A model generated the notes under the pieces. The model was not told where the DNA came from, ran no database searches, and worked only from the letters and a program-made list of their open reading frames with translations. A DNA stretch of 32,000 nucleotides, taken from assembly GCF_000009705.1 (NCBI RefSeq), contig NC_003272.1:6240001-6272000 (forward strand), read 5' to 3'. The translations under genes and the position numbers were made by a program. Shown here in pieces: positions 18,043-27,109 of this stretch (position 1 is the first letter of the stretch; the number at the start of each line of letters is the position of its first letter). Source of the stretch: Nostoc sp. PCC 7120 = FACHB-418. GTDB taxonomy: Bacteria; Cyanobacteriota; Cyanobacteriia; Cyanobacteriales; Nostocaceae.

Positions 18043-18714
18043 CTAGGGTTTGGGAAATCGAGGTTGCCACCAACGGTACCAAGAAAACCAAGCTTTCTCT
18101 AATATTTGGTAGGCTTCTTCTGGTGAAGAATTCCGTATTGGGATTGATAAATGCACCCACAGACAACGTTTGTCTAAAAGCATTTCCTTACCTAATAGAA
18201 TAGGTATTATACGTTCTAATTGGATATCTTGAGAAAAGCGGTTGTGCCGGAATTGTTCATGAGTAAAGGTACTTCCTCCCCGTGAATTAATACAGGTACT
18301 TAAATAAGCTTTCTGTTTGTCTATACCCAAGCCGTAGTAACCTATTCCCTTTTGATGGCGCATAACAGAAGAGGACTGTATGTCAAGATTTTTTTTAATG
18401 TATGCACTAATATCTGCATAGTATAAGTTTTCCAGATAATGTATTTTGATATCTAGGGGTAAGTTATTTTTAACATATCGATAATGTTTTTGTTCTAATA
18501 GCTGATATTGGTTATCTTCATTTGTAGTCGGTAAATTATTGTGACTCGTCACTATGAATTGCCATTCATTTAATGGAACTTTTTCAGGAAAAACTGAAAC
18601 GTTAATTTTCGGTTTATTTAAATTAGGAAATAAAAATAATTTACCTATAATCAATATTCCTGTACCAAAGATTAAGATTAAAAATTTAATGCGAATTTCT
18701 TTCCAGTGCATCAC
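18043..18714 (-). CDS. cyanoexosortase system-associated protein (EpsI-like accessory protein)
   Basis: Its start codon lies 11 nt downstream of the exosortase stop codon on the same strand. It has a single N-terminal TM helix, then a soluble domain with STCINSRGGSTFTHEQFRHNR and a Trp-rich C-terminus WFSWYRWWQPRF. The call rests on position plus recalled family features. Confidence 0.5.
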   Translation of the reverse strand: MMHWKEIRIKFLILIFGTGILIIGKLFLFPNLNKPKINVSVFPEKVPLNEWQFIVTSHNNLPTTNEDNQYQLLEQKHYRYVKNNLPLDIKIHYLENLYYADISAYIKKNLDIQSSSVMRHQKGIGYYGLGIDKQKAYLSTCINSRGGSTFTHEQFRHNRFSQDIQLERIIPILLGKEMLLDKRCLWVHLSIPIRNSSPEEAYQILEKAWFSWYRWWQPRFPKP

Positions 18715-18725
18715 CTTAAAAACTT

Positions 18726-19565
18726 TTAATTAGTTTTATTTTCTTGTTCATTTTGACTTAATAAAAACCAGCAAAAACAACAGAAAAATAGACTAGCTAT
18801 CATAGAAAATACGAGAGAACCATCACCTGTATGCCAATATTCAAAAGCTTGTTTATTACCTTGGGCTACTAAAATCCCCATTAAGGAAACTCTGAAACCA
18901 TTAACAACAAATGCTATTACTGCCGCTACTATTGGTACTATAAACTTTTGTAGCAAATTTATGTCAAACATGAAAATAAATAGTACTGCTAGGCTTAATA
19001 AATCTATGATAACGTCCATACCAGAACAGGCAGAATATACTTCTATACTTCCTGTTGGCAGATGAATCATGATTCCAGAACGTTTCACTTTAAATCCTGT
19101 GTACCAAAGAATGGCTGTAGATAATTTAGCAGTTAGAAGTGATATGTCTGGTTGATATAACCCCAGTAAATTACGTATGGTAAGAAAACCTAAGACTAGA
19201 AACTCTTTTTTGTATTGCCTTAGCCCCTTGTAACCAGAAGCCAGTAGCGCGAGACCAAAGCCAGATATCAAAGGAAGAAGTAAGAATAATATACCAATAT
19301 TTACTTGAAATAAACTACTAGTAAATACTACTGCAATCAACAATATACCTAACAAACTAGATAAAATTCCACTTTGTAAATTTAAGATGTGGTATTTTTC
19401 TTTAAGGAAAGAATATATTGTAATAAAAAATAGAAAATTTATGTAAAAACTTGTAGGGTCATCTCTTCGCCAAACTAGTGTTAAGTTAATTACTATTAAT
19501 GAGGCTGCTATGCCCAACAGCCAGAATTCAGCATTATTTAGTGATGTTGATATCCTATTTTGCAT
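18726..19565 (-). CDS. cyanoexosortase (exosortase-family transpeptidase; A versus B type not resolved)
   Basis: 279-aa polytopic protein carrying the exosortase triad motifs: VYSACSGMDVI (Cys), VNGFRVSLMG (Arg) and YWHTGDGSLVFS (His). A PEP-CTERM substrate gene lies upstream on the same strand. Confidence 0.75.
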   Translation of the reverse strand: MQNRISTSLNNAEFWLLGIAASLIVINLTLVWRRDDPTSFYINFLFFITIYSFLKEKYHILNLQSGILSSLLGILLIAVVFTSSLFQVNIGILFLLLPLISGFGLALLASGYKGLRQYKKEFLVLGFLTIRNLLGLYQPDISLLTAKLSTAILWYTGFKVKRSGIMIHLPTGSIEVYSACSGMDVIIDLLSLAVLFIFMFDINLLQKFIVPIVAAVIAFVVNGFRVSLMGILVAQGNKQAFEYWHTGDGSLVFSMIASLFFCCFCWFLLSQNEQENKTN

Positions 19566-20197
19566 GGTCTTATATCATGAACTAAGTTAGAGATATAAAT
19601 TACGCTTTTTGTAAATTTAAAATTTTTTTCCTCTTTCACAACTTTATGATAATTTCTCACAAACTATAAGAGCGAATTCTGAACACTACTCACACCATCA
19701 TAAGTTTATGACTGGCGTTGTGTTTTCCGTTCATATGAAAATAGACATCAGTTTTCACCACAACCCAACTTATACCACGTCACTACAAGTCACAAGTTTA
19801 AAATTAACAATGATTAAAAATTAGTATAATCCCTTACCTAATACTTTCTGTAAAAAGTATCGATCATTATTGTATTTAAATCATTGGTTTACAACATTTT
19901 TATGTTTCTTATTCAAGGAAATAGGTGAATCTTGAACAAGTTGAGTGATATTTTGATAACACCTTATTTGTTGAAGGTGTTAAATGGTTACGACAAAACT
20001 TTGGGAATAATTGAATGAAGCGAGTCAGGGGAACAACTTTAAAAACCATCCGTTCGATGGAAACTGAACTCTTGATGTAGATAATAAGCGGTTACGTTAT
20101 GACTATTGCCCACAAGAAGGGAGTCTAATTTTTAATCATTAGATTCACCTTATGCAGTAAGGCTTTAGCTTGTATGTTTCGCTTGTCATCTGAAGAA

Positions 20198-20881
20198 TTA
20201 ACTGCTCAACTGGTTAGAGACAGTTGCAGACTTTTTGTATTTTCTGCGGAGTAGTACACCAAACCCAGAACCTAGAGCGAGTCCTGCCATAGTGATTGGT
20301 TCGGGAACAGTCTCAACAGTGAGACTGCTGACGTAAAAGTCATCATTGAGCTGACCTGCTCTGAATCCAAAAGAGTTACCAACTTGAACAGGGTTAAAAG
20401 TGAATGTACCAGTGCCAGTATCATTTGAATTGCCCCCAGGAATATCCTGGGTAGATACTACGATACCATTTTTTAGGAAAGTGAAATCATCATTTATGAT
20501 AAGTCCGCTACCAACTCTAGTGAAGCCGACCGAGAGCAGCCTTACAGTTTGGTTAAAAGCGAAGTTTAGTGTTTCGGGAGCTACAAACCCATCAACTTGA
20601 TTGCGTTCAAGGGTTGATCCAGTAATTGTTACCCCCAAACCTTCGGTTGAACGATAAACGTTTCTATTTGTTCCTATGAAAGGTAATGATATAGCACCGC
20701 TTCCTGTTGCTAGAAAGGAAATACTACCTTGGACATATTCAAAGTCCGGTGCGACCTCAGTAGGAGAACCACCCAGGTTGAAGGTGACAGCTGCTGAAGC
20801 TTTTCCTGTGGTAGCCATTACCGCTACCGCAGAAGCCACAGCCACAGCAGCGACGTTTTTAAGTATGCTCAAATTTGCCAT
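20198..20881 (-). CDS. PEP-CTERM sorting-domain secreted protein
   Basis: Signal peptide MANLSILKNVAAVAVASAVAVMATTGKASA. C-terminal VPEP-ITMAGLALGSGFGVLL-RRKYKK gives the PEP motif, a TM helix and a basic cluster. The ATG at 20881 has GAGGA about 9 nt upstream, so I prefer it over the tracked TTG at 20923. Confidence 0.85.
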   Translation of the reverse strand: MANLSILKNVAAVAVASAVAVMATTGKASAAVTFNLGGSPTEVAPDFEYVQGSISFLATGSGAISLPFIGTNRNVYRSTEGLGVTITGSTLERNQVDGFVAPETLNFAFNQTVRLLSVGFTRVGSGLIINDDFTFLKNGIVVSTQDIPGGNSNDTGTGTFTFNPVQVGNSFGFRAGQLNDDFYVSSLTVETVPEPITMAGLALGSGFGVLLRRKYKKSATVSNQLSS

Positions 20882-21701
20882 TAAGTTTTTTCCTCTAAAG
20901 AAAATAGGTTTTGACCAGACCAAGATTGGTATGTGGCAAAGTTACCAGAGTTATGATAGATATCTGTACTTAATTAGAAAAATCTCATCTTTGTAAGAAT
21001 ACACTTAGCTCTAATAGCCATAGCTTGCAGTAAAGCAGGTAAGCTCAACATAGATAGGCTATTTAAAAGGTGTACCTATATTTAAGTAACTACAATTTAT
21101 AAAGGCTAAGTATTTTTGTAAAACAAAGAAAATATTTTTACTATCAAGCTAGTTGATATCTATTAAATAAAGCTGGTGTGTAGATACACTCGCACATAAA
21201 GTATGTCCAGTACAATATGTACTGAATTTGCTTCATGAAATCTTTATTTGCAATGATTGTCTGTTTTTGACATACTCTTCATCCCAGAGCCTCCAGAACA
21301 TTCACAACGTTGTAGCTACGCAGAAACTGCCAAGATTTAGTTTTCGGTAATATCAACTACGTTATGCGTTCATTAGGAAGAGAATAGTTACGAAAACTAA
21401 ACTGGGTTTTACTGTGCAGATGTTCTTTATAATCTTTATATTATAGTCAGAGAAAATATGTATTGTCTGGGTATATCCGAGTATGTTGTCTATCTTGTTG
21501 ATAGAATCTAACTATAGATGGGGATGTACTCACGACGCACAGGGATAGGGTGCATCAGTTAGAAGCATCATATTTTGAAATTCATACTTCATATTGAGTC
21601 TAATTGGTAGGGTGCGTCAGTATGAATAACTTCTTGGTATAGCTAGGTTTTCTCGCCAGTAGCACACCCTACAATTTGGATATTTTTTGATCTGGAAGTC
21701 C

Positions 21702-21893
21702 CTAACTTCTTTTTAAAAACCTGTTGGTGCTAACAAATACTGCAATCAGGAGTAGTGTTTGTATTTGCCAAGGTGCTAGGACTAGGCTCACAATCAAACT
21801 CAGCACCGTAAATGTACTAATAATATAAGCTTCTTCATCTTGGCATTTTTTGGATATGTAGCCAGTTGCTAAACCAGCCACGAGGGGAACCAA
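21702..21893 (-). CDS. hypothetical small two-helix membrane protein (weak call)
   Basis: 63 codons with a TTG start and two hydrophobic segments. No recognisable family. It lies in an otherwise non-coding 1.2-kb tract. Confidence 0.25.
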   Translation of the reverse strand: MVPLVAGLATGYISKKCQDEEAYIISTFTVLSLIVSLVLAPWQIQTLLLIAVFVSTNRFLKRS

Positions 21894-22144
21894 AAAAACA
21901 TGGGCATTTTTACTTACCTTCCCACATAAATGTAAACTTTTACTAAAGCGAAGTGAGAGCTATTTTTGTATATCGGGTAATCTCTTATTTTAGCAAGCGG
22001 AGTTACAGTATTCTACTTAAAATTACCGTATTTTTCTCAATGTTACGTAATCATTTGGTAAAGTAACTTAATACTTGCCGCTAATGCTAGAACAAGCATC
22101 TAGCATAGTACCTTTATTCATAGATATCTGACATTAATTACCCA

Positions 22145-24304
22145 ATGCTGAACATTCCTCAACTACTGGCAACTGAACTAGAACTCAAACCCTTTCAGGT
22201 GCAAAATGCGCTGGAACTTTTGGCGGAGGGTGCGACTATTCCTTTTATTTCCCGTTATCGCAAAGAACGCACTGGTGAGATGAATGAGGTGCAGTTGCGT
22301 GATTTGTCTGATAGGTATACTTACTTAACAGAATTAGAAGAAAGAAAGTCGGTAATTTTGAAAGCTATTACCGAACAGAATAAACTGACGGATGAACTAA
22401 AAGAGAAAATCGTCTCTTGTTTACAAAAAACTGAACTTGAGGATTTATACTTACCCTATCGTCAAAAGCGCCGCACTCGTGCCACTATCGCCAGAGAGAA
22501 GGGATTACAACCTCTTGCAGACTTCATTAAATCTTTAAATACTAAGAACCCTATTTCTACATCATTACCAGAAGAAGCAGCAAAATATATTTCGGAAGCG
22601 CTGGGGGTAACTACTGCCGATGAAGCGCTTAAGGGTGCGGCTGATATTTTAGCGGAAGAAGTGGCGGAGAAAGCAGAGTTACGGGCTTATATTAGAGATT
22701 ATCTGTTGGAAGATGGGGTGTTTGTCTCCCGCATTAAAGATGATTATCCAGAAGGTACAACAAAATTTGAAATGTACCGCAACTATCAAATTAAGGTAAA
22801 AAATATTGCCCCGCATAATTTGCTGGCGTTGTGTCGGGGCGAAAGTGAGGGAATATTAAAGTTTGAGGTGACTTTTGAGGAAGATTTGATCCTGTCTTAT
22901 CTAGAATCGCAGGAGATTAAAACAAAAGTCCGGAATATTCGAGATTTTTATCAGGCGATGCTCAAAGATGCTTTCAACCGCTTGATGAAAAATTCTCTGA
23001 TTGGAGAAGTCATTGCGGAGAAGAAAACCTATGCGGATGTTGAGTCTATTCGGACGTTTGAAATCAATTTACGGGAATTGTTGCTATCAGCACCAGCAGG
23101 GATGAAACCAACGATGGCAGTTGACCCTGGTTTTAGAACTGGCTGTAAAGTGGCAATCATTGACCAAACCGGGAAATTTTTGGAATATCAAGCAGTGTTT
23201 CCCCACCAAGCTGCGGAACAACGGACGAAAGCGGCGCAAACTCTTAAAAATCTGATTGAAAAATACAAAATTGAGTTAATTGCTATCGGTAACGGTACAG
23301 CATCACGCGAAACAGATGAGTTTGTTATGCAGGTATTACAAACACTAGACCGTAAACCTGTCAAGGTGATGGTAAATGAGTCTGGTGCATCTATATATTC
23401 GGCTAGTAAAGTCGCACTGGAAGAGTTTCCTGATTTAGATGTGACGGTGCGGGGTGCAATTAGTATTGGTCGGCGTTTGCAAGACCCGTTAGCGGAATTG
23501 GTGAAAATTGATCCGAAATCGATTGGTGTGGGACAATACCAGCACGATGTAGATCAGAAGTTGTTGAAGAAGAAATTAGATGAGACTGTAGAAAGTTGCG
23601 TTAACTACGTGGGTGTAGATTTAAATACTGCTTCCAAAGAACTGTTAACTTTTGTTTCAGGAATTACACCAGCAGTTGCTAATAATATTGTGGCTTACCG
23701 GAACCAGTATGGAGCATTTAAAAATCGCCGGCAACTGCTGAAGGTTCCCAAGTTGGGGCCGAAAGCTTTTGAACAGGCGGCTGGGTTTCTGCGGATTTGT
23801 GGCGGTGAGAACCCTTTAGATAATACAGCAGTGCATCCAGAAAGTTATGCAGTAGTGGAAGCGATCGCCTCTGACTTAAGTGTAACTTTAAATCAGGTGA
23901 CGCAAATTGCCGAAAAACTCAAAAAAGCCAACTTGCAGAAATATGTCACTGATACAGTTGGTGAACCGACACTGCGGGACATTCTCAGCGAATTAGAAAA
24001 ACCAGGGAGAGACCCCCGCGCCGAATTTAAGTACGCCACCTTTAAGGAAGGGATTACAGAAATCACCGACTTACAAGAGGGAATGGAATTGGAAGGGATT
24101 GTCACCAATGTTGCTAACTTTGGTGCATTCGTCGATATTGGCGTTCATCAAGATGGTTTGGTGCATATCTCCCAACTGGCTGATAGATTTGTTGATGACC
24201 CGAAGAAAGTTGTCAAAGTGGGACAAGTAGTTAAGGTGAGAGTGCTGGAAGTCAACGCCAAATTAAGACGAATTAGTTTGTCGATGAAAGCAGTGAAGCA
24301 ATAG
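22145..24304 (+). CDS. tex: Tex-like transcription accessory protein (S1 RNA-binding domain protein)
   Basis: The N-terminus has GATIPFISRYRKERTGEMNEVQLRDL. It has a YqgF/RuvC-like middle section (AVDPGFRTGCKVAIID) and an HhH region. The C-terminal S1 domain reads GIVTNVANFGAFVDIGVHQDGLVHISQLADRFV. Confidence 0.9.
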   Translation: MLNIPQLLATELELKPFQVQNALELLAEGATIPFISRYRKERTGEMNEVQLRDLSDRYTYLTELEERKSVILKAITEQNKLTDELKEKIVSCLQKTELEDLYLPYRQKRRTRATIAREKGLQPLADFIKSLNTKNPISTSLPEEAAKYISEALGVTTADEALKGAADILAEEVAEKAELRAYIRDYLLEDGVFVSRIKDDYPEGTTKFEMYRNYQIKVKNIAPHNLLALCRGESEGILKFEVTFEEDLILSYLESQEIKTKVRNIRDFYQAMLKDAFNRLMKNSLIGEVIAEKKTYADVESIRTFEINLRELLLSAPAGMKPTMAVDPGFRTGCKVAIIDQTGKFLEYQAVFPHQAAEQRTKAAQTLKNLIEKYKIELIAIGNGTASRETDEFVMQVLQTLDRKPVKVMVNESGASIYSASKVALEEFPDLDVTVRGAISIGRRLQDPLAELVKIDPKSIGVGQYQHDVDQKLLKKKLDETVESCVNYVGVDLNTASKELLTFVSGITPAVANNIVAYRNQYGAFKNRRQLLKVPKLGPKAFEQAAGFLRICGGENPLDNTAVHPESYAVVEAIASDLSVTLNQVTQIAEKLKKANLQKYVTDTVGEPTLRDILSELEKPGRDPRAEFKYATFKEGITEITDLQEGMELEGIVTNVANFGAFVDIGVHQDGLVHISQLADRFVDDPKKVVKVGQVVKVRVLEVNAKLRRISLSMKAVKQ

Positions 24305-24318
24305 ATTACTTTTGGTAG

Positions 24319-24588
24319 ATGACAATTTATCAAGTCCGATTTATGAATATTGCGATCTAATGCGATCGCCTTATCTCAGTACCAGACGATCAATATATTC
24401 TGGATATAGCCGCAGAAGTTGGTATTCGCTTACCATCAGGATGCAAACAAGGAGATTGTTCTGGTTGTGTTGCCAAACTTATTAGGCGTGACGTTGATCA
24501 AAGTGAGCAAAAATTTTTGTGTCTCGATGAAATTCAGAACGGCTACGTTGTCACCTGCATTACTCGTCAATTTGCCAAGAGTCTTTAG
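24319..24588 (+). pseudogene. plant-type [2Fe-2S] ferredoxin-like gene interrupted by an in-frame TAA at codon 14
   Basis: Reads MTIYQVRFMNIAI-TAA(24358-24360)-CDRLISVPDDQYILDIAAEVGIRLPSGCKQGDCSGCVAKL...GYVVTC. This is colinear with MATFKVTLINEAEG....EVPDDEYILD...C-x4-C-x2-C...C ferredoxins. No alternative start codon follows the stop. Confidence 0.65.
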
Positions 24589-25645
24589 TTACGTTTTCAT
24601 CTAAAATTCTCCGAGGACGAACCAGAATAATCACTTTTCCCAATATGGGAAACTCTGGTTTAGTTTCAAACCACTGAAAATCTAATTCGCCGTCGTGATC
24701 TACGACGAAATAACTAAAATCATTCCATTCTCGTTGAGAACGATCTACCACTACTAATACAGGCCCAGGCTCAGTTTGATTCTGTTTAGGAAAGCGATCG
24801 CTCGTTGCTAAAATCGTTACTGGGTCTTCTGCTGCTAATAAAACTTGCCAACCAGGTAAAGCCACCCAAGCTTGTTCACCAGAAAATTTCACTAAGCGAA
24901 ATGGCTCAATTTCCTCAACTAAGGGAACAGCTTTGAGTTCTTCGGCTTTTAAAGGTAACTGACCTACTACAGGAACAATCCGTGGTAATTCATCTTCTGT
25001 ATCGAAGCGGAAAAAGGGCGGAATAGGAGCCGGACGCTGGGAAACAACCGTAAAATCTACTAGTAATTGCTCGATTTGTTTCCTAGCTGTTTCGCTGTGA
25101 GCAAAACGTAACCCTCTAGCAATAAGACGCGATCGCTCTTGCAAATCTGAATATTGCCGTGCTAATTTCCAAGCTTGATAGGCGACTGCATCCCCAGGAT
25201 GGTTAGAGAATCCTTCTGGTAAAATGCGGAAACGAGAGAAATCTTTAATCGCTTTGGCTATTTCCCGCGCTTCATCTGCATCGACTTTATGAGTAAACGT
25301 CAAATCACCCGCCGCCGCTCGTTCTTCATGGGTGAGCAAACGTAGTTCATATAAAACATCACTTCCACGTGTAGCATAGTGCGCCAGTGTAGCTGCTGAT
25401 GCGCCTGATTTTTCTAAAGAATTATAAACTTGAGAGCCAACAATTACCTGATTTTGTTGTACTGGTTCAAATCCAGTTGCTTCAAAAATATCTTGAGGAT
25501 TGTAACCAGATTTTTGTAGAGAGGCGATCGCCTGACCCCATTCCACCCAATTACCTTGTTTTTGTCTTAATTTTCGTAACAATTCTTGCGCCAATTCATT
25601 GGTAGCATTCTCAGGATTAGGAGCGTTTGGTGGTAATTCAGTCAT
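24560..25645 (-). CDS. raf1: RuBisCO accumulation factor 1
   Basis: About 360 aa with a helical N-domain (GNWVEWGQAIASLQKSGYNPQDIFEATGFEPVQQNQVIVGSQVY) and a beta-rich C-domain ending in WQIDE, as I recall for cyanobacterial Raf1. I prefer the ATG at 25645 over the tracked TTG at 25657. Confidence 0.65.
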   Translation of the reverse strand: MTELPPNAPNPENATNELAQELLRKLRQKQGNWVEWGQAIASLQKSGYNPQDIFEATGFEPVQQNQVIVGSQVYNSLEKSGASAATLAHYATRGSDVLYELRLLTHEERAAAGDLTFTHKVDADEAREIAKAIKDFSRFRILPEGFSNHPGDAVAYQAWKLARQYSDLQERSRLIARGLRFAHSETARKQIEQLLVDFTVVSQRPAPIPPFFRFDTEDELPRIVPVVGQLPLKAEELKAVPLVEEIEPFRLVKFSGEQAWVALPGWQVLLAAEDPVTILATSDRFPKQNQTEPGPVLVVVDRSQREWNDFSYFVVDHDGELDFQWFETKPEFPILGKVIILVRPRRILDENVTKDSWQIDE

Positions 25646-25967
25646 ATTGCAATTCAAGATTCAACAAAATGTTTTTGTAGCGTTTCGTAGAGAATAAATG
25701 GTAGCAGTGCTGAGATTATAAATTTTGAATAGGACACAATTTAAACGCTCATCAGCTTAACTTTATACTGCATCAGTAAATCTTATTGTAATCTTTAACA
25801 GCTAACTATCTCTACACTCTACCGCTAAATATATTTTTGAGTTATGAATATTACTCATCACGGTAGGGAAAAAACTATATCAGCAAATTCTCGCAAGGCT
25901 TGGTAAGGATAATCTACTAAGCTTGTATGGAATATAACAATATAAAAATATTTACAGGTAGTAACTT

Positions 25968-26915
25968 ATGGCTGATGCTGTTACCGAAATCCAGACTGGT
26001 CGCCGTCAATCGGCAACTTTAGAACGAGCAAAAAAACTAAAAATTTTAGTAGTTGATGATGAGCCAGATAATTTAGATTTGCTTTATCGCACTTTTCGCC
26101 GAGATTTTAATGTCCTCAAAGCTGATAGCGGATTAAGTGCCTTAGAAGTATTGGCCGCAGAAGGAGAAGTAGCGGTTATTATCTCCGATCAGCGAATGCC
26201 AGAAATGAAAGGAACTGAGTTTTTGAGTAAAACTGTGCCTCAGTTCCCCGATACAGTGAGAATCATTCTGACTGGTTTTACGGATATTGAAGACTTGGTA
26301 GAGGCGATTAATGCTGGGCAAGTCTACAAGTATATTACTAAGCCTTGGGACCCTGGTGAACTTAAAGCAGTTGTCCAGAGGGCAGCAGAAACCTATGATT
26401 TGCTCAAGCAAAGGACAGAGGAACTACGCCGTGCTAATGCCCAAATGTCACTGTTAACAGTTTTGGTACAGGTGACACAAGCCTCAAATAGTTTAGAAGC
26501 AATTCTGACACCCATTGCCACGGCATTTGCTGAAAGTTTTGCCGTCAATGCTTGTATTTTACAAATGTTAGAAGGGCAAACCTTAAGCACAATACAAGGC
26601 TTTTACAGTCAGCAAGGCACTGTCAATAACTGGCTAAATCAAGACCCACTGACAAACGAAGCGATCGCTACTGGTCAAATTCAGGTAGCTGCCAATATTG
26701 CCAAAGACCCCAAATTAGCCAGCATCAGCCAATATCAAGATAACGGTATTCAGTCCCATGTAGTCATCCCCATTACTTACCGTAATGAGATGTTAGGTGT
26801 ACTGTCCCTCCAGTGGCAACAACCAATCTCTTTACGGGAAGATGAATTAACACTCATCCATCTATCAGCCCAACTGGTAGCGATCGCCCTGACTAGTAGT
26901 CGCTGTAGTTTATAG
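25968..26915 (+). CDS. response regulator: REC receiver domain fused to a GAF-like C-terminal domain
   Basis: Carries ILVVDDEPDNLDLL, VIISDQRMPEMKGTEFL (phospho-acceptor Asp) and YKYITKPWD (conserved Lys). The C-terminal 150 aa has GAF-like features (VIPITYRNEMLGVLSLQW). Confidence 0.8.
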   Translation: MADAVTEIQTGRRQSATLERAKKLKILVVDDEPDNLDLLYRTFRRDFNVLKADSGLSALEVLAAEGEVAVIISDQRMPEMKGTEFLSKTVPQFPDTVRIILTGFTDIEDLVEAINAGQVYKYITKPWDPGELKAVVQRAAETYDLLKQRTEELRRANAQMSLLTVLVQVTQASNSLEAILTPIATAFAESFAVNACILQMLEGQTLSTIQGFYSQQGTVNNWLNQDPLTNEAIATGQIQVAANIAKDPKLASISQYQDNGIQSHVVIPITYRNEMLGVLSLQWQQPISLREDELTLIHLSAQLVAIALTSSRCSL

Positions 26916-26935
26916 TCCCTAGATAGTCAAGCCAA

Positions 26936-26979
26936 TTCGCAGTTCGCAGTTCGCAATTATCAAGTAGCTGCGAACTGCG
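26936..26979. repeat. heptamer (TTCGCAG x3) array forming a 12-bp hairpin just after the response-regulator stop
   Basis: CGCAGTTCGCAG (26938-26949) is the exact reverse complement of CTGCGAACTGCG (26968-26979). The heptamers are TTCGCAG TTCGCAG TTCGCAA. Confidence 0.7.
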
Positions 26980-27053
26980 TCGGCGTTAGTCTTTCCTAAC
27001 GATTTACCCTTAATTGGGATATCCATAATTATCGTGCATTCTACCTCATCTTA

Positions 27054-27109
27054 TGGTTGACTGTTGACTAATGACTATGGACTAATGACCATTGACTAAT
27101 GACAAACAA
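27054..27109. repeat. STRR-like heptamer array (consensus CTAATGA, 8 units) running into the menG start codon
   Basis: The units are TGGTTGA CTGTTGA CTAATGA CTATGGA CTAATGA CCATTGA CTAATGA CAAACAA. The menG ATG (27099-27101) lies inside the seventh unit. Confidence 0.75.

Noticed and set aside
20400-20996. Two plus-strand ORFs (66 and 106 aa) antisense to the PEP-CTERM gene
   Set aside because: The minus-strand reading has a signal peptide and a canonical PEP-CTERM tail. The antisense ORFs have no features and are probably chance ORFs in this sequence composition.
21209-21223. Palindrome AGTACAATATGTACT considered as an NtcA box
   Set aside because: It reads GTA-N7-TAC, and the NtcA consensus needs N8. 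I kept it only as an unexplained palindrome within the long non-coding tract.
25677-25690. NtcA-like site GTAGCGTTTCGTAG in the raf1 / response-regulator divergent region
   Set aside because: The right half-site is TAG, not TAC, and I see no properly spaced -10 box. It is too weak to call.
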